Shown piece after piece: positions 49,548-61,500 of a stretch of 64,000 nt of DNA. The DNA is taken from the NCBI GenBank assembly GCA_964252035.1, contig OZ176200.1; one strand, written 5' to 3'. Below the pieces are notes generated by a model. The model saw only the letters and a program-made list of their open reading frames with translations. It was not told the DNA's origin and did not search any database. Numbering within the stretch: position 1 is the first letter of the stretch; each line of letters starts with the position of its first letter. The DNA comes from Podarcis erhardii. Lineage: Eukaryota. A program made the position numbers and the translations under genes.

Positions 49548-52500
49548 GCTCCTGCAAAGAAACCTCAGGAAGTCAAAGTAACCACTGTAGCTAAGAAGAA
49601 AGAAGCAGTTTATGAGAAGAAGGAAGAAGTATATGAGGTTCACAAAGAAGAATATGAAGAATGGGAAGAGGATTATGGAGAGGAGCATGAATATTATGAA
49701 CGAGAAGAAGGATACGATGAAGCAGAAGAGGAATGGGAATATGGAGAAAGACAAGTAACTTATGAGGAAAAGCAAATTCGCAAAGAAGGTATGTTTCATT
49801 TTTTTAAACTTTCTCCTTTCTGTTTTCTCTGTTGAGGAATCTGTGGTTCTTGAGATGTTGGTGTATTCCATGTCCTATCAGCCCCAGTCAGCATAGCGAT
49901 TTGGCAAGGATGATATCTGGAGAGTCACAGCTTCCCCACCACTGCACTATATGATTAATTTCCAATACCTCTCATTTCACTGTTCTTTGGAGGGGGAAGA
50001 GAGCTCAAATGTGGTTGGAAAAGCTGCTGTTCCTTTTTTTCTATCAAATTTTGCTTTCTTGCAGCAATATACTTGCAGAAAATATTTCAAATTTTTTTAA
50101 AAAAATAATTTTTATTTGATTTTACAAGTGTAAAGGTAAAGGGTAAAGGGTCCAGTCGCGAACGACTCTGGGGCTGCAGCGCTCATCTTGGTTTATTGGC
50201 CGAGGGAGCCGGCATACAGCTTCCGGGTCATGTGGCCAGCATAACTAAGCCGCTTCTGGCGAACCAGAGCAGCGCACAGAAACACTGTTTACCTTCCCAC
50301 CAGAGCGGTACCTATTTATCTACTTGCACTTTCGTGCTTTCGAACTGCTAGGTTGGCAGGAGCAGGGACGGAGCAATGGGAGCTCACCCCGTCGCAGGGA
50401 TTCGAACCGCCAACCTTCTGATCAGCAAGTCCTAGGCTCTGTTTAACCCGTAGTGCCACCCGCATCCCTTTACAAGTGTAGAATTATAACAATACAAAAT
50501 ACATATGCATATTTAGAGATTTTTCCAAATCTTCCCACCTTCCCCTCCTTGGGTCCTATTATCAGCCTTTTCAACTGCATATTATTTCATCGTCCAAATT
50601 TTATGTCTCTCCATTTTGTCCATAATATTTTCAACATTACAAGTGTTATTGCAATCCTGCTAAAGTTTTCATCTGCTTACAGTGGTCTCTCAAGTAAATT
50701 ACATTTTTTTTTCTCATTCTTTATTAAAGTTTTGGTTCTCTTGGTCCTGAGCTTTCTGGTCAGTTTTGCCATTTCGGCATAATCCAACAGCAGAAAATAT
50801 TTCAAATGGATGTTCATCCAATCTAAATCTGCCTATACCTTGCCTTACAGGTCATATTAAAAAAATAAGCATATTCTTTTGCAGATGGAACAATGCTGCA
50901 CTGCTTAAGCGAATGGTGGCCAGTGTTGATTTCTATTTGGGCCAAGAATACACAACTGCTAACATTCCCTGCACATTTTTTCTTTCTCAGTTATACAGTC
51001 CTTGATGTTTATGAAGCAGGTGTAAGGTAATGTTCTCTAATATAAATGTAATGTATGTTACAGTTGTCCAGGTTCCAGGAAAGCCAGAACCACCTACGCG
51101 GAAACCACCAGAGATTTCAGCCAAGAAAGTAGAGAAGAAAGTTGTGGTAGAAAAAGGTATGGCCTTTAGAATTTTAGTATCAAAACATTTCCCACTGCAG
51201 CAAGTCCTATTCAGATTCTCACAGTCCTATTTTCTTTCCCTTTCTTTCCTTTTTAAAAAGTGCATATTCCCATTATATTCTTAAGATAACTTCTGTGTAA
51301 AATGAACCAATTTCCAGCTAATGTGAAATTATTTAAATTTCCTGCAGTTACACGGAAACCTGTAACCGAAGAGGTGGAAAGAAAGGCTAAAGTGATGGAG
51401 GAAGAACATTTCAAACGGGCCAGAGGTAATACTGAAGATAATGTAAATTGCATGTGCTTAGCAGTAGACAGTGCTATTAATACATTTGCATCAATTTCAT
51501 ATCCATGAAATACATGAAACTGCCTTAACAGGTCAGCCTGTTTTGTTCATCTGATCCAGTGTAGTGTTTCCTCTGACTGGCACTGGTCTCCATGGCAGAT
51601 GTCTTTCGTGTTATCTGCACCCTATCCTTTTAAATGGAGATACCAGGGACTTCACCTTGGACCTCCTTCTTGCAAACTAGGTGCCCAGCTACTAGCAGAG
51701 GGAAGGAAGTAGTGATGCGGGAGCAAATGGAGATGAGGTGTCCATTAAAAGCAAGAGGTTATAGTTAAGAGTTCTGGGGTTTTCCCCAACCCCCTGGAGC
51801 AGATTTGGGGGAGGAACATGGGAAAGCATGAGGAGACAAGGGGACTTCTACTATGCATATTGAAGTCCTTGCACGAACAGAATGACTTATTTGGATACAA
51901 CCCTTTGCTATGTATTAATTTGGTCTTTTGTAAATTGTATCCCACGAGTGGCGCAAAAATGCAAGCTCATATGCAGTGTGATGTTACATTTTCTGCATGT
52001 AATCTTAGCCTAGATGATGACCGAAAAGGTTTGGGACTAACTATTTATATCCTTTAAGCTCCAGAAGCCCCACCACCAAAACCTGCACGGAAGGTGGTCC
52101 ATGAAGAAGTGGTAGAGAGAAAAGGTACAAAACACATTTTTATTTTTTCAGCGTTTATATGTAATCCCTGATCTGAATATTTCCATAATGTATGCATGCA
52201 TGCCCACAAGTTCACTCTGTGCTGACCTGCAGTGATTGCTGGTTTTTATTAACCCATTGTGATGTTCCCACTTCACAGTCACACATGGCATTCTCTTTCT
52301 CTATGCAGGAATGGTGAGCATGACTTGAGAAATCCCCAGATCCCCATACACTTACCACAATTCTGTTTTTCTACTTCCCATATCACGACACTCCAAAACA
52401 CACCAACTCCCAAGCATGCTAGTGCCTCTTTTGTTTCTCCTTAAGGCTCCTTAAAGCCATCTGTTTTGACTCCAGTCCTGTTGTTGTTCTTGATCTGAGT

Positions 52501-55500
52501 TTGCCATTAGAGGAAGAAATGGTAGTTCTCATCACTATAGGGTGTGTGTGCTTTAAATGAACGTGGGGGAACAGGGTTCTCTTAAGTCCTGTGGGGTTTC
52601 CACAACACCTAGGCACCGAGTCTATATTGGTGCAGAATTCTTGCTTTTTGGTTTCTTTCTTTAATATCTTCTATATTCATCTAATTTACACTATATGTTA
52701 CCATTTAATACAACTTCTCCTGTATACTCACTATGTGTCCACTCTCTTGTTCTTCTTATGTCTGCTTTTCTTTGGAAACAGGGCTTTTGTACATTCTCTT
52801 TGCACACAAAAATAGTTTGGACTGCTTGAAAATGCCTTTTATGCTTTATGGCCTCAGTTGTTGCCTGTTTATGATTTTTGTTTCTCTTTATTGCTGTGGC
52901 ACATCCACCCTAATGGTGTAATTTTGAGCTGTGGTGCTGAGTTCACTAAATGTAGTATGTGGTGTTATGCGACTTCCATAAGGATAGATTCATTGTCTAC
53001 CAATTCTTTAATTTAAAAAATACTAAAGTGAATTCTTGCTTTTTAAAGTACCAACAGAACAACAATGGACCTTTTCAGAAGAAAAGGTGTCTGTTTCGTA
53101 TCACAGAGAAGAAGAATATACATACGGTTCAGGTAACTATAAATATCTTTCCTCACTTCTTTTTTCTCCTTGCTGTCTTGTCTCGTGTGAAAATGGTGCC
53201 TTTTCAGAATTCTTAAATTCTTTTTTACTTGATGATAGAGTAACAAGTGAGGATCTGCTCCCTATACTGAACTGCATGGGAAAATACTCATGCACAAGAG
53301 TTTTGTGAGCACATGGGAGTGCAAAGATTGCTTAGGACTGGTGGAATAGACAAAGTCTGTTTGCTGTTGCATTTCTTAGTTGTCATTTTATGTACCAATC
53401 CAGTATTATCTAAAACAGAGTGAAAGTACAGTTTTTACATCTTACAATTCTCTTTAAAGAACCAGAAGAGTATGAAGAGGACAGCTTCTATGTAGAATAT
53501 CCAACTGAAGGTAGATTCGCTCTTTTTCCAAATCACTTTTATCTTGTTTTGTACCATGCGAGTTCATCTATACTGTTAACTGTTGAAATGTGTAGCTGTT
53601 ATTATATACCGTCTTTGATACTTCCCTGGGTTTGGGCATGTCTTTATCACTATTTAGATGACCGATACATATGTTGGGTGGTAGGACTTAAGATCATGCC
53701 CGGAATTGTTGCTCCCAGATTTGCAAACACTGTGTGGAAAGAGCCTAAGCACATACAATTTGTACACACCTAGACTCCATATGAAAGATCAGATGGACAC
53801 TTAGAGGTGTGGATAGCAGGAGCAATTTTTTCTTCCACAAATTCATCCATCATCTTAATAGGTCTACATGTAGCATTTCAGTATTATCTAAAATGGAGGG
53901 TAAATGTAACTTTTTAAATCTCATAATTCTCTTTAAAGAACCAGATGAGTACGATGAGGAAAGGTTCTATGTGGAAGCACCTGAAGTTCCACCTCCCAAA
54001 GGTAGATTATATTATTATTAATATTATTATTACTACTACAATTTTAGTATGTGAGTTTATTTAAACCAGGGTTTCCCAAACTTAGATCCCCAGCTGTTTT
54101 TGGAGTACAATTCCCATCAACCATGACCGCTGGTCCTGCTAGCTAGGGATTATGGGAGTTGTAGTCCAAAAACAGCTGGAGACCCAAGTTTTGGGAAACC
54201 CTGGTTTAAACTCTTATCCATTAAGAACTTGATATCTGCAGTTATTTAATATCCTTGTTGATCAGATTTGGGTGCTTATGTATGTTTACATGTGTCACAA
54301 AAGCCAGTAAGTTTTTAAAAATATAATGTGAGGGTGGCTCTGATGACCACTATCATCTGATTAACCCAAAATTAATATCTTTAAAGTTCCTGAGGTGAGG
54401 AAGAGAGCAGAAGAAAAAGTTCCCAAGGAAGTGGAGGCCCCGCCGGCTAAAGGTGAATAATATATGTGCAATAATAACAATATCTCAGACAGGTCTCTAG
54501 CCTGCGTATCTTCTAGAGGATTGATAAACACACAGCCAAAAATGTGGCTGAGCTACTTCATCAGAAAGACACCTTTACAACTAAGATCCTACATATTAAA
54601 CGTTATACGCGGGTTTAATCTTCAATAGGCATAACTGTCTTTGTTAAATAGATACATGGTTTTAAATCCACGCTGGCATTTCAAACATTTTCTTCACTGC
54701 TATGAACAAATGTAGGCCTGTAGCACTTCCTTAAACCTTTTATACCTGTGTGTCTTTAAAGTGCCTGAGGTGCCAAAGAAACCAGTCCCAGAAAAGAAAA
54801 AACCTGCTCCTCCTCCGAAAGTAGAAGCTCCGCCAGCTAAAGGTACATCCATTGTCAGAGCTGATCCCGCCATCTTGCTTCTCTGAACTCTTATCCATGC
54901 CTTAAAATGTGTCCATCCATATGTTACTTAGGTTTTTCTGCAAGCAAAGTGTGTATAATATACATGTACTTTAGGGATGGCCAAATATTCATTTGCTAAA
55001 TTTCACTTTGTAATGTAATGGATGTTTACTCCTTTCTGGGTGGGTGCCTGTTGTGATCCCTCGTGCTCAGCCACCATCCCTGGGCAGTGAGAACAGAGCG
55101 CACATGGCCAGGAAGCCATTGGGGAAATCCCCCCTGGCTGTCTGGGCATCTGGCTTGTGTTCCCGCTGGCTGCTGCATTTCAAATTGGCCAATCAGTGGA
55201 CTCTCCCGGCAGAGAGGGCATTGGCTGCACACATGCCCTTGCAACTGATGAGGTCTAAAAGCCGGCAGTGTTTTCCAGCCCCAGCACATTTGCCAAATTT
55301 CGCTTTGTTAACGTAATGTCTTCTGCATGGCATGATAACTGTTCGATTTGCATGCCGCGTATAGAAGGCACTCATACAGACACACAATTATGGAGATCAA
55401 AATGGGATGTTTGCCCAGTGCGGCTTTTTTCATGACAGATTACCCTTACCTATTAACTGATTTGGGACCCGGGTGGCGCTGTGGGTTAAACCACAGAGCC

Positions 55501-58500
55501 TAGGACTTGCCGATCAGAAGGTCGGCGGTTCGAATCCCTGCGACGGGGTGAGCTCCCGTTGCTCGGTCCCTGCTCCTGCCCACCTAGCAGTTCGAAAGCA
55601 CATCAAAGTGCAAGTAAATAAATAGGTACCACTCCAGCGGGAAGGTAAATGGCATTTCTGTGCGCTGCTCTGGTTTGCCAGAAGCGCTTAGTCATGCTGG
55701 CCACATGACCCGGAAGCTGCCTGCGGACAAACGCCGGCTCCCTTGGCCTACAGAGTGAGTTGACCGCGCAACCCCAGAGTAGTCCACGACTGAACCTAAC
55801 GGTCAGGGGTACATTATTTACCTCTTTATTAACAGCTTTTGCTTGATGCCTTGATATGCCATTTATCTCGCTTCTGCTTCTCTCCATATATTTCTGTGCA
55901 ATCTTGGATGTTGAGCCTCAAATAGGAGTTCCAAGTTCTAAAACCTCTCTTTTTTTAATGATCAAGTGCCAGAGGTGCCTAAGAAACCTACACCAGAAGA
56001 AAGAAAGCCTGCTGCTGTTCCCAAGAAAGAACCGGCACCCCCAGCTAAAGGTACTTTTCTTGAAACGAAAGCCACCCAAAGAACCTTTGTCCCCTATGCT
56101 TTGTCCCCCATATGCAACCACTGTTTGGAATGAGTTTTACAAATCCAGCGTCTTTCTCTGTTTGGTTACCAAAGCTAATGTGTTGAATATGTGGGTGTTT
56201 GGGCTGCTGCCCATAGGGAATCTTAAATGAAGGTTCTTCTGGGTTAGAGCATTCCTTTCCAAAATACCATCTCTTCCTTCTTGTGAAATGTAATCACAAA
56301 ATGTGAGATGTCATTGATCAGTTGTTATGTGTCCGGGTGATTCTCAGAATCTGCTTTTGATATCTTTAAAGTGCCCGAAGTACCCAAAAAGCCAGTCCCA
56401 GAAGAAAAAGCACCTGTTCCCGTTCCTAAAAAAGTGGAGCCACCTGCTAAAGGTATGAGACCACCGCTCATAAGCAGCTCTTTTCATTTGTTGCTTCAAA
56501 TGACGTGCTGTGAAAAGATCTGAGGTCCCTCAGCAGTGATTGTTTTCGTGTCGTAATCGTCGTCTTCCTATATTTGTTCGTTGCTCAACAGCATCTTCAT
56601 TAACAAATGTTCTTCAGTTAAACACCAGAACACTAAACGGACAGTGTGCAATGTTATCGTAACACATCTAAATTCAGTAAAGTGCCCAGTTCACTTGTAA
56701 GTGATCTCACAACTTGATATAGGACCCTGCTCCTCACTTTATAATAGTTAGCAATATTCGATCCCAATATTCATAACTCTGATGTTTTTTTCAAAGTGCC
56801 AGAGGTACCCAAGAAAGTAGAAGAAAAGGTTCCTGTTCCAAAAAAGAAAGTGCCTCCGCCACCCAAAGGTACAAGACGCAAATCTTATATATTTGAAAAA
56901 TATATAAAACTAAATCTTAAGACTCTTTTGTTTCTCTCTTTGGATCTTCCTCTTAATTATATGTATGTTCATTTCATATTTGAGTCCTATGCAGCATATG
57001 TTTGTGTATAGTTGTTGATAATAGCCATCATGGTCTCTTAGTCTCTACATATCCTTACATATTCTCATTTTAACATTATTAAAAGTACCTGAGAAAGCGG
57101 TCCCTGAAGAAAAAGTGCCGCGACTACGCAAAAGGGAAGAAGCTCCTCCAGCTAAAGGTATGCTTTCCTTCAAAACAAACAAACAGAACAGAACAGAACA
57201 GAACAAAAAGACCATTGCAGTCAAATGTAGACAAGGATTAAATGTAAGGTGTTGGTTGTGTTTAAAATAGATTTATGAAAGGTTTAGAAAACTTACTGAT
57301 TAGAATATTTGTGGGAGACTGTATGGGAAAAATACGGAATAACACATACAATCTTGCTTAAAATGTATATAGGAAGTGCAGTGTAAGCGATGGAAGTCAA
57401 TCAATGAAATTTTATTATTATTTTCATATTGAGATATTTGTAGAAGAAATTTGGAAGAAATTCTTCCAACTTTTGTTCTTCTTCTTTTCTCTTTATTTTT
57501 TCTTTTTCTTTTCTCTTTTCTTCTTTTTTTCTCTTTTGTTCCTTTTTTCATGTATATATGCTTATTTGAAGTGTATATGTCTGTATGTATTTGCAGTGTT
57601 TTGCTTATATTTTGTAACAATTATGTTAAATAAAATTAAAATTTAATAAAAAAACAAAACAAACAAAACAAAAAGACCATTGGTCTTTTACATCGGCACC
57701 ATTATTTAAATGTCCTCTATATCTTTTTAGTTGCTGCCTCTTCTTTGTAGCCGAAATCTGTACTTTTAACATCATTCTTGCCACTTCAAAAAAATTCTAA
57801 AACTAAATGGTCTCTTTAAAGTGCCTGAGGTACCTAAGAAAGTCGTCCCTGAAGAAAAATTACCTGTTGCTGTTCCCAAAAAGGTGGAAGCTCCCCCAGC
57901 CAGAGGTATGCATTTAAATGGTCAATGGTCTTATTATCTAAAAGAGCTTTTACCTTTCTTTCGTATGCTGACCATCATTTTATGTTTCGTACCATGTCAC
58001 ATTGCTTGCAACTGTTCAACATATTTTCATAGGGCAGGAATGGGGAACCTTAGATCTGGGGGGCAAATACAGCCCTGTGGGCTTCTCTATCTGGTCTTCA
58101 AAATGCTCCTCAAGCCACATAACCTCCCAAGGTCACATACCTCATCGGCCATGCTTTGTATCCTCCTTGAGTAAAAGGATGCGGGTGGCGCTGTGGTCTA
58201 AGCCACTGAGCCTCTTGGGCTTGCCAGTCAGAAGGTTGGCAGTTCAAATCCCCGCGCACGATGGGGTGAGCTCCCGTTGCTCTGTCCCAGCTCTGCCAAC
58301 CTTCCAGTTTTAAATCACACCAGTGCAAGTAGATAAATAGGTACCTCTGCGGCAGGAAGGTAAATGGCGTTTCCATGCACTCTGATTTCTGTCACAGTGT
58401 TCTGTTGTGCTAGAAGTGGTTTAGTCATGCTGGCCACATGAGGTATTTTTGCCTGGCTGGGATGGATGCTTAGATGGATGGATAATAAAGTGGGGTTGGT

Positions 58501-61500
58501 GAGTGTGTGTACAAACTGACCTACTGTCAAATTTGCATTAGTTCCTCTCTGCACATTTGCCTCTGGCCCTGTGCACCAATGATATGTGTGCCCCAGAAGC
58601 TTGCCCCAAAGAGAAGGCAGCCCTTAGGCTGAGAAAGCTTCCCCATCCCTGTCAAGAGGGGACGATTTGCTTATGTTTGTTTTGCAGTTCTGTATTAGCT
58701 TTACTTTGTATGTTGCCTAGTAAAGAAGAGTATATAGTTTACTTGTCCATTTTGCAGTTGTTAGTTGCACAAGTGTTCAGACAAACCTCCTCAGATATCA
58801 GTCAGGAATCTGTATATCCCCATTAAAACTCAATGCGTTTAATGTCTTTTAAAGTGCCTGAGGTGTCTAAGAGAGCTGTTCTAGAAGAGAAAAGATTTGT
58901 TTCAGAAGAAAAAGTATCTGTTGCCATTTCTAAAAGAGTGGAAGCTCCACCACCTGAAGGTATATTTGCAAATAATTAGAACTGTGAGGAATTTAACTGT
59001 TTTCAGGCGCTTTTTGTTGTTGCTGCTCTTCACTGCTCTTCCCTGTTAACATCTGCCATTACAGTTTTGTGTTTGTGTGTCTCTGGACATTTGTATAACA
59101 TCTGACACCCAGGCAAGATCCTCAGAGGAAATGTCTTTTCTCAGATCCAATTCCATGGTTATCCAGAATGTCAATAGCATTTACTATTTATCCATTACAT
59201 TTTATCGCACCCTACTTCCAAGAATCTCAGGGTGATATACATGGTCCCTCCTTTCATTTTGCTTTTGCAACAACCTAGTGAGATGAGTTAAGCTGAGAGA
59301 TAATGATTGGCCCATTCACCCAGTGAGATTCATGGCTGAGCCCCCACCCCCATTCTAGTCAGACACACCTATATCTTGGTGGCAGAAGTAAATGTTGCAC
59401 AAAGTCTTACAGAAGCCCTTGTGCAAGTGGAGGAGCTCCTATGGATCTGGGGTAGATTTCGTCATTCAGCGTTCTTCCATTAAGTCAGAAGCAGTCCAAC
59501 TATGCTTGGAAAAGGTTTTCTTCTAAATGAAGATCACCTTTGGATCTAACCCATTATCCTTTCAACTTTCCATAGTCTGCAGAAAGAAGTCATGATTTAG
59601 GGGCAAGGGTACACAGTGTACACATAGGACACCTGTAGTGCGACATGGGTTTTCCTACATAAAACTCCACCTGATTTTTCTTGTAAGAATCTGTCCCCTG
59701 ATGGAGTCATCACATACCACAATGCAGGATTCCATAGATCAAGAGACCTTAGCAAGTCATCTAGACCCTTGCAGTAGCTAACTTTGATGTAGATACTTTG
59801 CTATTAATTCTCTTATGTACCAGTTGTAATGGGGAAAGATCTGAGATACCTAGAATTGCAGTTGACATGAATGTGTGTTTCTGTGTATGCAAATCAGTTC
59901 ATGTCCTTTGTATATGCCTGCTTGTAGTAATTACACTGACCTGGCAAGGGTGGTTATAGGACATCTAACCCCACAGCAAAATTAAAAATAACCCATCTTT
60001 AAAATATTAACAGTGGAAGAATGGCCTGAAGAGGTGGAGGAGGAAGAAGTGGAAGAAGAAGAAATTTATGAAAGAGAGGAGGAGATTTCTTATGAAAGGG
60101 AGGAGGAGGAAATTTCTTATGAGAGAGAGGAGATCTCTTATGAGAGAGAGGAGGAGATTTCTGAAGTAACAGGTATGCCTCAATTCAACAACCAGCAGCA
60201 AATGTTAGTATAGTATAATATCTTCCATTATATCCTTTGGGCTGAATTGAATGTAATTATTTAATGACCTTTGGAAATTAAGCCAGTCATTTGCTGCTTA
60301 TGATATGATTTACTTTGTTCGGAACCCAAACAAGGGTTTAAAAGATAAATTTAAGAGTGCATACACTTTTTCTTTTCTTATTTCCCTCCATCATTCTTAT
60401 TTTCACATGAAAATACAGATATGAACCCAAGTGTTCTTTTCTCAAATTTACAAATATAGGCAGAGCACTGCAAGCCAATTTGTATAAGAATAAAAGATTC
60501 CTACATTCCTACACAGATAACACATATTATTTAGGGTGGCTCAACTTTCAGAGCCTCATTACTCTCCCAAGAAAGCTGGAACCACCAGAAACAGACAGAA
60601 AAAGAGCTACATATTTGAAAGAGATAGTATTTATTCATTCATTCATTCATTCATTCATATGATTTATTACTTGCTTATCATTATAAAATAATTCCAAATA
60701 TTAGTCACCTTCATATCAGCCATGTAGAGCTAAACAAAACAAAAGTACATGAAATCTAACTTACCTAAAGCCATTGCTCCAAGAGCTATGGAATTAAAGG
60801 ATGTGATCTAATACCCCATTTCATAAGGCTCCCCCTATTTATTACAAGAACCATTGAGATAGGCCCTTTCATGGATCTGACCTTTTCAAGGAAGTTGAGA
60901 TATGTCATCTCTCGCTGAAGTCACTGTGGATGTTTACATTGACTTCAATGGGAACTGGGAAGTAATCTACTCACTTTTTCCCATGAAATGGTCAGAAGAG
61001 AGAGTATGGCCTCTGTTGAGAGGAAAGCAGGGATGCAGAACCTGTGGCCCTCCAGAGCTTGCTGGACTCCCAACGACCCCAGCTAACATGGCCAATGGTC
61101 AGGAATTATGGGAGTTGTAGTCCAGCAATATCAGGAGGTCTGTCCCTGGAGTAAACCTACCTGCACATGTTACTAGGAGTAACATGAGATGAAAGTAAAT
61201 ATATGTGTGTTTGTAAGAGCTGTCACTTTCTTGTTTTGTTAATTGTATCAACATGTGCATGTCAACTATTCAACTATACCTTCTTAATATCTTTACATTA
61301 ACAGAAGAGGCCTACTACGCTGAGGAGACAGTGCATGAAGAAGTCCCACCAGTTAAAGGTATACCAGCAACTCTTTGGTATTAAAGTATCAACTCTTCAA
61401 TATAGATGTTTGACAGCTGTCTGTCCCATGCTTGTTACTATTGTATTTGTGCTTGTTTTTTGTTGTTGTTGTAGTGCTCAAAGTATTACAAACTATCTTT

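Noticed and set aside
57460-57550. Long CT-rich tract and ORFs 57300-57646
   Set aside because: Low-complexity intronic sequence; the ORFs are compositional artefacts.
58570-58650. Possible extra PEVK exon (ccccag|AAGCTTGCCCCAAAGAGAAGG...)
   Set aside because: Composition (Cys, Leu, His) is not PEVK-like, there is no convincing phase-1 donor, and it lies within repeat-derived sequence.
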